Positions 63,673 to 64,000 of a stretch of DNA of 64,000 bases are shown here, one piece after another. Each line of letters begins with the position of its first letter. The stretch's first letter is position 1. A program made the translations under genes and the position numbers. The DNA is from a virus. The DNA is taken from the IMG/VR virus record IMGVR_UViG_3300045988_106519, positions 32,001-96,000 of that record; one strand, given 5' to 3'. Below the pieces are notes generated by a model. The model was not told the origin of the DNA and searched no databases. It worked only from the letters and a program-made list of their open reading frames with translations.

Positions 63673-64000
63673 ATGACAAAATTTGTAGACAGTTTAGGAC
63701 TAAAAAGATTAGTCACAAAGATTGCTGAGGCAGTTGGTAATGGAACTTGGTTGCCAGTTAAGAAAGGAGAGGGTGAAGGTTCTGTTGTAATGGGAGAGAA
63801 TACTATCGCATATGGTTCATATTCTCATGCTGAAGGTTCTGGTAATCATGCAATGGGTTCATGTTCTCATGCTGAAGGAAGCGAAACTAACGCAGAGGCA
63901 GAGTGTTCTCATGCAGAAGGATTAAATACTATAGCAAATGGAGAGTTTTCACATGTCGAAGGTTATAACACTGAAGCCGATGGAAAAGGTTCACATGCAC
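63673..64000 (+). CDS. tail fibre / adhesin-like protein, 5' part only (runs off the window)
   Basis: Hand translation MTKFVDSLGLKRLVTKIAEAVGNGTWLPVKKGEGEGSVVMGENTIAYGSYSHAEGSGNHAMGSCSHAEGSETNAEAECSHAEGLNTIANGEFSHVEGYNTEADGKGSHA. The reiterated SHAEG units look like a YadA-head/Hep_Hag-type beta-roll. Confidence 0.6.
   Translation, partial: MTKFVDSLGLKRLVTKIAEAVGNGTWLPVKKGEGEGSVVMGENTIAYGSYSHAEGSGNHAMGSCSHAEGSETNAEAECSHAEGLNTIANGEFSHVEGYNTEADGKGSHA

Noticed and set aside
1-64000. Genome-wide stop-codon reassignment (TAG or TGA recoding), as reported in some crAss-like lineages.
   Set aside because: Standard-code ORFs of 751, 1112, 1298, 1428 and 2453 codons are uninterrupted, and the small genes tile without gaps. 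Only one isolated in-frame TGA (16135-16137) was seen.
62392-64000. Diversity-generating retroelement targeting the fibre genes.
   Set aside because: No reverse transcriptase ORF and no template/variable repeat pair is visible anywhere in the window.

Overview
The window is AT-rich and gene-dense, and reads as part of a large tailed dsDNA phage genome with no bacterial chromosomal flank. The layout resembles a podovirus or crAss-like (Crassvirales-like) phage, and the host is probably Bacteroidota. The host call rests on TAnnTTTG -7 promoter boxes and a Bacteroidota-type tyrosine integrase.

There are three blocks:
(1) 1-20.3 kb is a minus-strand block of more than 55 very small, tightly packed genes, many with ATGA/TAATG start-stop overlaps. 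Most have no recognisable function. The exceptions are an HNH endonuclease, YopX, a GNAT acetyltransferase, a 3D-domain wall enzyme and several paralog pairs. The block also holds a tRNA-Arg(CCU) and a 1.1 kb ORF-free iteron-rich region.
(2) 20.3-24.6 kb is a strand-switch region. It carries a YkuD-like putative endolysin, an HExxH membrane protein, a tyrosine integrase and a truncated tRNA-Arg(UCU) copy flanked by TGCAAT repeats, which I read as a putative attP.
(3) 24.65-64 kb is a plus-strand virion module. It runs HU/IHF-like, GroES-like, TerL, scaffold-like, capsid/portal candidates, adaptor paralogs, a second IHF-like gene, a 1428-aa nozzle-like protein, a Gly-rich 1112-aa protein, 1298-aa and 2453-aa giant proteins, then tail-fibre genes. 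A two-gene minus-strand island at 48.5-49.8 kb interrupts it.

The most interesting observations are:
- a tRNA gene apparently split in its anticodon loop by an HNH + tRNA-Arg cassette;
- a four-copy paralog family of unknown function, with conserved non-coding upstream DNA and modular N-termini;
- the integrase/attP module;
- the iteron-rich non-coding region;
- an isolated in-frame TGA.

All functional calls come from motifs read by eye. No database search was run.
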